Shown here piece by piece: positions 26,401 through 34,502 of a stretch of DNA of 64,000 bases. The DNA is taken from positions 96,644 through 160,643 of the forward strand of contig CAINNF010000015.1 of NCBI GenBank assembly GCA_903851045.1, given 5' to 3'. This DNA is from Candidatus Adlerbacteria bacterium (GTDB lineage: Bacteria; Patescibacteriota; Minisyncoccia; Phycocordibacterales; SBAW01). The notes under the pieces are model-generated. The model was not told the DNA's origin, did not search any database, and saw only the letters and a program-made list of their open reading frames with translations. The position numbers and the translations under genes were made by a program. Positions within the stretch are counted from its first letter, which is position 1; each line of letters opens with the position of its first letter.

Positions 26401-26416
26401 GGGGTCATAGAAAGGT

Positions 26417-27286
26417 CTAGACCACGCCGACGACAGGCGCGTCGTTGTAGTGAACGACGAGGATGTCGTGGGTCGTTTCGTAGTTGTCGATGGTGATCGG
26501 CGGCTCGAACCGCTCCCACCCACCATCGACGGTCGGCCGACAGAAGATGTAGCCGAGCTTCCGGCTGATGCCGATGATAGGCATCAGGTCCCACGGGGTC
26601 TGCCACCCAGGTCGCAGGATCGCGGCGGCGACTTCACGCTTCCACAGTCGAGCCATCCAGATGCCGATGCTGCCGCCGTCGACCAGGTGCGACTTGAAGA
26701 CTGTTTCGACCAGTCGTCGAGACGCCGCGTCGTACGTGTTGACAGGGTCTCGCAGTAGGACGTAGGCGTCACCCGGCTCCAGCGGCTTGTAGTAGGTGAG
26801 CTTCTCGAACAGGTCGAGCTGCGTTATGCGGTGCACGTGGTCGGAGCCCGGCCGATAGCCGTACACCTCTTCGGTGTTGATGTCGCCGATGTACGCACAG
26901 ACGACCTCCTCATCGATCACCAGCGCGACCATCGTCCCGACACCATGCGACTGACGACGGATGTACGCTTTGGTGCCATCCAACGGGTCGACTATCAGGT
27001 AGGCACGACAACCGTTCTTGGGAGGTATGCGAAGATCCTCTTCGCCGATCACACCACAGTTCGGGAAGCACTCCAAGAACGTACGGAGGTACACCTCCTG
27101 TGCTTCGGTATCTATCGACGTGAACACGTCGATCGAGATACCGTCGTAGCCCGGTTTGGTGAGCACCTCCAGCGTCATCCGCCCGTTGCGGATACGAACC
27201 ATCGCGCGCCGGAGCGCCTCCTTGAGCACGCGACCAACCACATGGCCATTGATCTCGCCAAGGCCGAGAGCCAACCCCTGACCCAT
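26417..27286 (-). CDS. inositol monophosphatase / CysQ-SuhB family phosphatase
   Basis: IVDPLDGTKAYI (DPxDGT) and downstream WD..AG-like motifs. Confidence 0.75.
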   Translation of the reverse strand: MGQGLALGLGEINGHVVGRVLKEALRRAMVRIRNGRMTLEVLTKPGYDGISIDVFTSIDTEAQEVYLRTFLECFPNCGVIGEEDLRIPPKNGCRAYLIVDPLDGTKAYIRRQSHGVGTMVALVIDEEVVCAYIGDINTEEVYGYRPGSDHVHRITQLDLFEKLTYYKPLEPGDAYVLLRDPVNTYDAASRRLVETVFKSHLVDGGSIGIWMARLWKREVAAAILRPGWQTPWDLMPIIGISRKLGYIFCRPTVDGGWERFEPPITIDNYETTHDILVVHYNDAPVVGVV

Positions 27287-27377
27287 CTCTACATATCCTT
27301 TCTTGTACCGTTCGGTCTAATTCCAAAATACAAGAAATATAAAACATGTCAACACCCCGACGTTCATTCTCCCTATG

Positions 27378-27896
27378 TCATAAGGAGTGCATCGCCAGGT
27401 ACTCCTTGGCAGCTTGCAGGATGGCGATGTCTCGCGGGACGATGTAGGCGGCACCCTCGAGGTCGTCGGTGTGACCGCTCGCGATGGCGAGCTGCGCCTC
27501 ATCGAGCGACAGCCACTGGGGTTCGAACCCGCGTGCCATCTCGAGGTCGGTCAGGTCGTTCGCGCCCTTCTCGCCCTGTACCCGCGCGAGGTAGCAGTAT
27601 GAGATTTGTTTGAGCGAGAACATCTTTCGATATTCGACGATGGACCCAAGCTCGCCGATGATGTCGACGTCGCACCCGATCTCCTCTCGACACTCGCGCC
27701 CGAGCGCGACCTCTTTGGTCTCGCCCGCCTCGAGCCCGCCGCCGGGCAACTTGTAGTAGCCCCGGTTCGTGACATGCAACAAGGCGACATGTTTGCTGCT
27801 GTCGACCACGACCGCCCGCGCCGCCTCACGCACCGCAAAACCCGCGAGCTCCTCCTCGGTCACGTTCTCTGGATTCAATATCAATAGATGTTTCAT
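27378..27896 (-). CDS. NUDIX hydrolase
   Basis: Nudix box GGGLEAGETKEVALGRECREEIG. ATG at 27894-27896. Confidence 0.8.
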   Translation of the reverse strand: MKHLLILNPENVTEEELAGFAVREAARAVVVDSSKHVALLHVTNRGYYKLPGGGLEAGETKEVALGRECREEIGCDVDIIGELGSIVEYRKMFSLKQISYCYLARVQGEKGANDLTDLEMARGFEPQWLSLDEAQLAIASGHTDDLEGAAYIVPRDIAILQAAKEYLAMHSL

Positions 27897-27931
27897 ACTA
27901 CGAGTATAGCAGTTCTGCACACGACCAATAC

Positions 27932-27968
27932 AACGAAACATGCCGCCTCGTGGGCGGCATGTTTCGTT
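27932..27968. terminator. long hairpin (AACGAAACATGCCGCC-tcgtg-GGCGGCATGTTTCGTT) 3' of csp gene
   Basis: 16-bp perfect stem. Confidence 0.65.
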
Positions 27969-27986
27969 GTGGGGACGATCGTTCGC

Positions 27987-28187
27987 TTACGCGCGCGATA
28001 CGTTCACTGCTGCGGGACCCTTTTCTCCCTGCGTCACATCGAACGAGACGGTCTCGCCCTGCTGCAGGTCATCGAACTCGACACCATTGAGGTCTTTCGA
28101 ATGGAAGAAAAGATCCTTCACCTCGCCATCGCGAGAGATGAACCCAAACCCTCGATCCTTCACCAACGTCTTTATTTTTCCTGTCAT
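27987..28187 (-). CDS. cspA: cold-shock protein (CspA family)
   Basis: Has the RNP1/RNP2 motifs GFGFI and VFFH-like (GTVKWFNADKGFGFI-type: TGKIKTLVKDRGFGFISRDGEVKDLFFH). Confidence 0.9.
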   Translation of the reverse strand: MTGKIKTLVKDRGFGFISRDGEVKDLFFHSKDLNGVEFDDLQQGETVSFDVTQGEKGPAAVNVSRA

Positions 28188-28419
28188 CTTGTTTATCTAC
28201 TACTATATGTGCTTTTGAGAAATCCGACCTCGTTTCTTTAGTCTCTGCGACCACTCCATGCTCTCAGACAATGGACATATTGTCCATAGCCCTGGGTGCG
28301 GGTCCCTGGGTGCGCCTTTAGAATTCCTCCGAACCGCCCGCCGCAAGACCGCGAAAGTCGATACCTGCCGGCCGCAAGAACCGGTCGCACATCTGCCTAC
28401 TGTAGCAAATAGCCCCTGA

Positions 28420-28455
28420 GATATAAAAATCCGCCCACCACAGCGCTCCGGTGAT
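28420..28455 (-). terminator. rho-independent terminator for NUDIX gene 28488..28931
   Basis: The minus strand reads CCGCCCATCACC...GGTGGGCGG followed by ATTTTTAT. Confidence 0.6.
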
Positions 28456-28487
28456 GGGCGGTAAGACAAACAGAACGTACTGATCCG

Positions 28488-28931
28488 TCAGGACACGAAA
28501 TAAGCGACCCGATCCTGGTAACACCGAAGTGTCAGAGCGGTCGACTCCATGAGCGGCTCGGGCAAGCTGCCAAGTGGGAACCATCTCCACTCGACACACT
28601 TCTCTGGCTCCATCACGCGAGGCTCACCCCCGTCGTAGCGACCCAAGAAGCTGATGTCGACGAAGTGCTTTCGGTCCGAGTCTATATACCGCAGCTCATC
28701 GCACACCGACACGAACGTGAACTTGACGACAACGAGACCCGTTTCCTCCTTGATCTCGCGCGCGACCGCCTGCTCAAGAGTCTCGCCGAACGCGACCGAA
28801 CCACCGGGTAGCGCCCATTCTCCCGCACCATGCGACCCCCGGCGCCGACCCAAGAGCACCTCGTCTCGCTCGTTGAGAAGTATGGCTCCGACCCCGACCC
28901 GTGGCTGCAACTCGACACCTGCCGTACGCAT
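28488..28931 (-). CDS. NUDIX hydrolase (MutT-like)
   Basis: Nudix box GEWALPGGSVAFGETLEQAVAREIKEETGL. Confidence 0.8.
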   Translation of the reverse strand: MRTAGVELQPRVGVGAILLNERDEVLLGRRRGSHGAGEWALPGGSVAFGETLEQAVAREIKEETGLVVVKFTFVSVCDELRYIDSDRKHFVDISFLGRYDGGEPRVMEPEKCVEWRWFPLGSLPEPLMESTALTLRCYQDRVAYFVS

Positions 28932-29055
28932 CACCAAAACACTCCCTATACAATACAGAACACACCCAACCTACCACCACACCACATATTATTCAAATAC
29001 GCGGCCTGTCCGTATTTTTTGGTATCGGCATATGTAAGCTATACTGTTTGCATTC

Positions 29056-29895
29056 ATGTTGACCTACACCCAAGCCATACTGCTCGGACTGCTCCAGGGC
29101 GTGGCGGAGCTCTTCCCTATCTCGAGCCTGGGACATACGGTACTTATTCCGTCGCTGCTGCATTGGCAGATCGACCAGTCGAGTGCGGACTTCGTCGCGT
29201 TCGTCGTGCTCACCCACCTCGCCACCGCGCTCGTGCTGCTCGGATTCTTTTGGAGCGATTGGCTGAAGATCGTCGGCGGCATACTGCGCTCGCTGAGGGA
29301 CCGGGTCATCTCGGAGACGGACACCTACGCCAAACTTGGCTGGCTCATCGTCGTGAGCACGGTGCCGGTGGGCGTCCTTGGACTCTTGTTCGAGGAGAAG
29401 GTCGCGAAGCTCTTCGCCGAACCGAAGCTTGTCGCCGGAGCACTGCTACTCAACGGCATCGTGTTGTATGTCGCCGAGAGACTTCGGTCGCATGCATCCG
29501 ACGAGAAAGGCGACGCATCAATCGCACGACTTTCGTGGATGCAGGCAATAGGTATCGGGTGCGCCCAATGTCTCGCGCTCGTTCCTGGGTTCTCACGAAC
29601 CGGACTCACGATGACGGGCGGCCTGCTCACCCATCTGTCGCGCGAGAACGCCGCACGATACGCGTTCTTGCTCGCCACCCCGGTCATCTTCGCCGCAGCT
29701 GTGTTGAAGGTGCCCGACCTCTTTCTGAACGGCGGGGTCGCGCTCGACACCTCGCTCGTCGGCGCAGTGTGCGCTGCAATCGCAGCGTACCTCTCGGTGA
29801 AATTTCTAACACAGTATTTCCAACAAAAAACGCTCACCCCCTTCGCGGTGTACTGTGTACTCGCCGGAGGAGCGACACTGCTACTGTTGTGGTAA
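29056..29895 (+). CDS. uppP: undecaprenyl-diphosphate phosphatase (UppP/BacA)
   Basis: Full-length collinear match to UppP. Contains the conserved motifs, including VSRSG as PGFSRTG. Confidence 0.9.
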   Translation: MLTYTQAILLGLLQGVAELFPISSLGHTVLIPSLLHWQIDQSSADFVAFVVLTHLATALVLLGFFWSDWLKIVGGILRSLRDRVISETDTYAKLGWLIVVSTVPVGVLGLLFEEKVAKLFAEPKLVAGALLLNGIVLYVAERLRSHASDEKGDASIARLSWMQAIGIGCAQCLALVPGFSRTGLTMTGGLLTHLSRENAARYAFLLATPVIFAAAVLKVPDLFLNGGVALDTSLVGAVCAAIAAYLSVKFLTQYFQQKTLTPFAVYCVLAGGATLLLLW

Positions 29896-30120
29896 CTCGC
29901 TAACCTTCGCCGGGGCGCTCCCGAACCATGCGAGCGCGAAGAGCCCGAGTCCGAGGACGAACGAGCCGATAGCGTGTTTGTAGTGTATCTTCGCGGACGC
30001 TACGTCGAAGCCAGGCATGAAGCTCGGCAGCGACTGTGCCGGGGTGATGAAGTACACGACCGCGACACCGACACACACGATACCGAGGATACCCGCTCCC
30101 CACGCGATGATCTTTTTCAT
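29881..30120 (-). CDS. small two-TM membrane protein
   Basis: MKKIIAWGAGILGIVCVGVAVVYFI...FVLGLGLFALAWFG. Confidence 0.45.
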   Translation of the reverse strand: MKKIIAWGAGILGIVCVGVAVVYFITPAQSLPSFMPGFDVASAKIHYKHAIGSFVLGLGLFALAWFGSAPAKVSELPQQ

Positions 30121-30149
30121 ATCAGTGGATTGTACCATCGGCGGCCAAA

Positions 30150-31652
30150 TCACCAAAGTTCGCGCAAATGCTTCCAGATCGCGTACATGGCGTACGTGTC
30201 GAGACCGCAGTAGGTCTTAAGGTCCTTCGCTATGAGCTGACGCTCCTCTGGCATGTCGGAGGTGACCATCGTCCACCACGCGTCGGATGCTTGTGCGCCA
30301 CCATGGATACTCAACTCCTTGTACTGCAAGCTCGGTACGATCGCCGGTAGGACATACTTTATCGACACACTTCCCTTGAAGTCCGGATGCACATAGTGCT
30401 GCTTATGAAAGACGTCCTTGAGGTCATAGAACATTCCCTGCATGCGCTCGATGAGCGGGGCGAACTGTGGCAGCCGATACGCGATGCGTTTGTGCACGTC
30501 CATCTCGAACGACTTGTTCCATGCGATGATGGTCCCCTTGGCACCGATGTGCTCGTGCAGGAGCACCGCCACCGACTCGGTCGGGTCGGTCTTGTCTGGG
30601 TGCAGATATTCGACATGTTCGAGCTCCCCCTCCTTCGTTCGCAAGATGTGGAGCGAAAATTGGAACGGGATCTTGTCGAACGGCCCATAGCCCGGGAATA
30701 GTGGGATGGCGGGAGCGAACGTCTCGTAGTCGAGGAAGTAGAGCGGGAACTGCAGCGGCTCAAGCTCGTCCCGGATAGCATCCGGCGATATCATCGGCGT
30801 CTGCCGATGGTGCACGTTGATCTGGTTGACCTGGATGTCCGAAAGAGCGATCTCGTCGAGCGGGACCTCGATGAGGTCGAAGATGTTCCGCTCGACCAAC
30901 CACTGCAACTTCTTCTTGCTCGCACCGATGCGCGAGAGGTCGTGTACCGAGTACGCGGGTACCTCGGGGTGCGAGTAGGCAAAGGTGGTGCACTGGTTAC
31001 TGCGTCCGCGATACTGACACTCACACCCGATGACTGGCTCGTCGGTCCGACCAAGATATTCCAGAGCTGCGGCCATCTTGGCTTCGACGTCGGGCAAGCG
31101 GTCGAAGACGAGCGACGTGACATCCTCCGTCGTGAAGAGCTCGGACACATCGAGTTCGCTCGAGCGCACATAGTCACTGTTGAGGTGCGTCACGAAACAA
31201 CGCCCGATAGGCACACCGAGACGACGATGGACCGAGAGTTGGAACGCGAGATCGTCGAGATGATTGCGGTCCGACCCGGAGGTGTGCACCGAGCTCGTGC
31301 CTTTGATCTCGTACAAGTCCCACATGTCCGTCCCATTGTCATAGGACAAGACGTCGCTGCGCGCCAAGAATCCATCGACGATCCCCGTTGCCTGGAAGAT
31401 AGGCGACGTGTGCGAAGCGATGAGTCGTGCGGTCTCTTCGCACGCCTTTTCGCCGAAGCTCTGCACCTCCACGCCGCCGGGAAAGAGCGTGCGGGCGCAC
31501 GCCTCGACCTCGTTCCCCTCCTCCGCAAGCCGCTGCTCGTACTCCGAGAGCGCGAACTGCTCCAGGAGTTCGGGTTTATGCAATTTGAGCCACATGTTCT
31601 TAGGGCAGAACAAGAACTCTTGAAAGGTGGTCTTCGAGATCGGTCGGGTCAT
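30150..31652 (-). CDS. DUF2779-domain protein (predicted PD-(D/E)xK/Cas4-like nuclease fold N-terminal domain)
   Basis: N-terminus TTFQEFLFCPKNMWLKLHKPE is typical of DUF2779 proteins. Confidence 0.6.
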   Translation of the reverse strand: MTRPISKTTFQEFLFCPKNMWLKLHKPELLEQFALSEYEQRLAEEGNEVEACARTLFPGGVEVQSFGEKACEETARLIASHTSPIFQATGIVDGFLARSDVLSYDNGTDMWDLYEIKGTSSVHTSGSDRNHLDDLAFQLSVHRRLGVPIGRCFVTHLNSDYVRSSELDVSELFTTEDVTSLVFDRLPDVEAKMAAALEYLGRTDEPVIGCECQYRGRSNQCTTFAYSHPEVPAYSVHDLSRIGASKKKLQWLVERNIFDLIEVPLDEIALSDIQVNQINVHHRQTPMISPDAIRDELEPLQFPLYFLDYETFAPAIPLFPGYGPFDKIPFQFSLHILRTKEGELEHVEYLHPDKTDPTESVAVLLHEHIGAKGTIIAWNKSFEMDVHKRIAYRLPQFAPLIERMQGMFYDLKDVFHKQHYVHPDFKGSVSIKYVLPAIVPSLQYKELSIHGGAQASDAWWTMVTSDMPEERQLIAKDLKTYCGLDTYAMYAIWKHLRELW

Positions 31653-31704
31653 AACGCTGTCTATAGTACAACCTTTACGTCGATAGTTATACCAACCGAG
31701 GGCT

Positions 31705-31962
31705 TCAGGAAGATGGCTGCGACCCTATCAGCTCCAACTTCTTCGCTCGAGTCAACCGCTTGAGCGCAGCTTCCCGCGCGCGAGCCTCTGTAAGCGTCTC
31801 GAAGGACTCAACATACCGAAGTACGACTGGTCGGCGTATCTTGGTGTAATGTGCACCCCGCCTGGAGGTATTGTGTTCGACAAGCCGTTTCTCGACGTCG
31901 TTGGTGCAACCAACATACAACGAGCCATCCGCACACTGGAGTATGTAGGCCGTATGTGTCAC
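31705..31962 (-). CDS. GIY-YIG nuclease-domain protein (small, UPF0213-like)
   Basis: YILQCADGSLYVGCTNDVEKRLVEHN is a GIY-YIG motif. Confidence 0.8.
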   Translation of the reverse strand: MTHTAYILQCADGSLYVGCTNDVEKRLVEHNTSRRGAHYTKIRRPVVLRYVESFETLTEARAREAALKRLTRAKKLELIGSQPSS

Positions 31963-32043
31963 GTGTTGATTCTACACCCTTCACAATTTCTCTAATATAG
32001 TGCAAGATGTCACCGGGTACAGGTACCACAAGGAGTCCTCAGT

Positions 32044-32229
32044 ATGCCCGCACCGCAACCCGAAGAAACTCATTTGGAACGACTGCAAAGACTCGGTGTC
32101 CCAGCGGACGTGATCAAAGAGGTCGAGAGGGCGCAACAGGAAGGACTGTTCGATCGCACCCCTCTCGACGAAGCGTCGGCACGAGTGCTTGCACAGGCTT
32201 TGCCTCTCTTGCGAAGACAAGAGCGATAG
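32044..32229 (+). CDS. small hypothetical protein (61 aa)
   Basis: AAGGAG sits 9 nt upstream. A terminator (ATCGCCC..GGGGGCGAT + TTTTTAT) lies at 32243-32275. Confidence 0.45.
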   Translation: MPAPQPEETHLERLQRLGVPADVIKEVERAQQEGLFDRTPLDEASARVLAQALPLLRRQER

Positions 32230-32281
32230 CTGTTCTGACGACATCGCCCTACGAACGGGGGGCGATCTTTTTATGTATATC

Positions 32282-32773
32282 TCACGCTTTTTCGAACGCT
32301 GTTCGCAAACCGTTGATGTCTATCTTTTTCATACTCAAAAGGGCTTGCATCACGCGGTTCGCTTGTACCCGGTCCCCGCTCGACAACATCCGCCCCAACT
32401 CGTTCGGGACGACCTGCCATGAGAGACCGAACTTATCCGCCAACCAACCACACTGCTGTGCTCCCGCATCGCCACCCTCGGACAATCGCTCCCAATAGTG
32501 GTCGAGCTCTTCTTGTGTCTCACAGTTCACCGTAAAGGACACCACCGGCGAGAACTTGAATTGTGGACCCCCATTGATAGCTCGGAACTGCTGACCCTCG
32601 AGCTCGAACTCGACGACCATCACCGACCCCCGTGGCATACCGGACGCCTCCGCACCTGCGTCATAGTAACAAGAGGCGCTCAGGATCTTCGAACCGCTAA
32701 AGATCGATGTATAAAAGTTCGCAGCCTCTTCGGCTTGCGTGTTGAACCACATGAATGGCGTGATCCTTTGCAT
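32282..32773 (-). CDS. VOC/glyoxalase-superfamily protein, PhnB-like
   Basis: MQRITPFMWFNTQAEEAANFYTSIF is a PhnB-type N-terminus. Confidence 0.75.
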   Translation of the reverse strand: MQRITPFMWFNTQAEEAANFYTSIFSGSKILSASCYYDAGAEASGMPRGSVMVVEFELEGQQFRAINGGPQFKFSPVVSFTVNCETQEELDHYWERLSEGGDAGAQQCGWLADKFGLSWQVVPNELGRMLSSGDRVQANRVMQALLSMKKIDINGLRTAFEKA

Positions 32774-32813
32774 ACTGCGGTGTGGCGTATGACTCCTATT
32801 CTACTATATATAT

Positions 32814-33470
32814 CTACCCGAGGTGCGAGTGGTCATTGTATATCCACAGCCGCCAGTTCGGCTCCTCTTCGAACGCGCCACGGTACCGCAGGACCGTCAG
32901 GCCTGTGTTCTCCGTGGCGGCCATTTGCTGTACCCGTTTGAGCGTCTCACCCGACATCAGGTCCCCGAGCAGTACGCGTGCGACGAGCGCGCGCAAAAAG
33001 AATCCGTGGGTCACGACCACGATCGAACGCTCAGAGCGAGCAAACAGGTACGCGAGCGCCTTGTCCGCACGCGCGACGATATCGTCGAAGTTCTCGCCGT
33101 CCTCGACCCGCAAGCCTGACCGGAACAAACTCTCGTTCCACTCCCGCCAGGTCTGGGTAGCGACCGCATCCGTATGTGGCTTACCATTGATACTGGTCGG
33201 TTTGATGCGCTCGACGAACAGGTCCGAGTAGTCCGGCTGCATACCGGTCATGCGCGTGATAGCTTCAGCGGTCTCCTGCGCCCGCCTGAAAGGACTGACC
33301 ACGAGCGACTGGAACGAGAGTCGCGCGACACGCTCGGCGACACGCTCGGCCTGCATGCGCCCCTTCTCGCTGAGCGGAGAGTCCGGCGACTGGAACACAG
33401 GCGAGGCATTATCATCGCTCTGGCCATGACGTACGAAGTATACGATTTTCTCGATGGATGGTTCGGACAT
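32814..33470 (-). CDS. histidine phosphatase (phosphoglycerate mutase-like) family protein
   Basis: Contains the RHGQS catalytic motif (IVYFVRHGQSDDN). Confidence 0.75.
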   Translation of the reverse strand: MSEPSIEKIVYFVRHGQSDDNASPVFQSPDSPLSEKGRMQAERVAERVARLSFQSLVVSPFRRAQETAEAITRMTGMQPDYSDLFVERIKPTSINGKPHTDAVATQTWREWNESLFRSGLRVEDGENFDDIVARADKALAYLFARSERSIVVVTHGFFLRALVARVLLGDLMSGETLKRVQQMAATENTGLTVLRYRGAFEEEPNWRLWIYNDHSHLG

Positions 33471-33588
33471 ATGATCTTGTAACCCAGTATGTCCCAAAAA
33501 CGGACAAAAGCATAGACGCTGCTGTATCTTGTGATATCATCCTCTTGCTGTTCTTCCCAAGAAGCACCACCAACAAAAGAGGGTGACC

Positions 33589-33699
33589 ATGACGTTCGGT
33601 TCGATCTTGCTGTGTCTACTCTTTGTCGTTGCGGTCTTGTTCTGTCTCTCACCGCCCGTTCATACGGCACGCACGGGACCTGACCCTGAGTCAGAGTGA
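33589..33699 (+). CDS. 36-aa hydrophobic peptide (below ORF-track size cutoff)
   Basis: SD AAGAGGGTGA sits 5 nt upstream. Translation MTFGSILLCLLFVVAVLFCLSPPVHTARTGPDPESE. A terminator follows 15 nt later. Confidence 0.4.
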   Translation: MTFGSILLCLLFVVAVLFCLSPPVHTARTGPDPESE

Positions 33700-33714
33700 G
33701 CAAAAACTAAAACA

Positions 33715-33748
33715 GGCCCCGCAGTTTCCACTGCGGGGCCATTTCTAT
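33715..33748 (+). terminator. rho-independent terminator (GGCCCCGCAGT-ttcc-ACTGCGGGGCC + ATTTCTAT)
   Basis: 11-bp perfect stem. Confidence 0.75.
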
Positions 33749-33750
33749 AG

Positions 33751-34380
33751 TTATCGTCTGCGCGACGGCCGCTGACCATGTCGCGCGACGTACTCATGGT
33801 AGACCGCGACCCAATCGGTCGCGATCATACGCTGCGCGTCCGCAAGCACCAACTCGCGACGACACACCCGCGCGTGGAGCCAATTCTCGACCTTATCTTT
33901 CGCATGAGCACCAAGCTCGTCGTCCGAAAGTAGCCCGGCTTCGAGCTTCGCTTCGTCTTCGTACGCCTGCGGGAAGAAGTTGGCAGGGTCGTTCTCCGCC
34001 CCACCCAGCTCCAGGCTGATCACGTGGTCGTTCTCGCGGGGTACGCCATCCTCGCGCGAAACTCCGTACGAGGCGAACACCGCACGAACGATCGACTCCT
34101 TCGTGCGCCGCACCTCTCTTGTCGACCGAGTGCATAAACGCTCCCAAGTAGCACTCGTATCGACCGCACCCGGCGTACATGCCGAGTCTGGGAGCGCATG
34201 AACAATGACGCACCCGCTCGTCTTGGTCCGGGCTGGTGGGTGATAGTAGACGGTATGGTCCCGTCCGTGCGTGAGCATATACCAACCAACCACTCCCGCG
34301 ACCACCAGTACCAGTACCAGCAACATGAGCCAATATTTACGCACCAGCAACCTCCTGTGTTCCAGAATGGATATAAACAT
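33751..34380 (-). CDS. membrane-anchored His-Me finger (HNH-like) nuclease-family protein
   Basis: TM helix MLLVLVLVVAGVVGWYML, followed by ENDHVISLELGGAENDPANFFPQ (D-H...GG...N pattern). Confidence 0.45.
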   Translation of the reverse strand: MFISILEHRRLLVRKYWLMLLVLVLVVAGVVGWYMLTHGRDHTVYYHPPARTKTSGCVIVHALPDSACTPGAVDTSATWERLCTRSTREVRRTKESIVRAVFASYGVSREDGVPRENDHVISLELGGAENDPANFFPQAYEDEAKLEAGLLSDDELGAHAKDKVENWLHARVCRRELVLADAQRMIATDWVAVYHEYVARHGQRPSRRR

Positions 34381-34502
34381 ACGGAAAAGTATGTGTCAAA
34401 TCACACCTACTTGCAACACTTATAAAAGTATGGTAAAATGCTCCCCGGCGTCACGCTCCGCGTGACCTTGTTCGTTCACAAAAAAGAAAGGATGCGACCC
34501 CC

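Noticed and set aside
34381-34502. c-di-AMP (ydaO-type) riboswitch upstream of kup
   Set aside because: After the likely -10 (TAAAAT) only about 60 nt of leader remain. There is a single hairpin (GTCACGC-tcc-GCGTGAC) but nothing resembling the >100-nt pseudo-symmetric ydaO aptamer.
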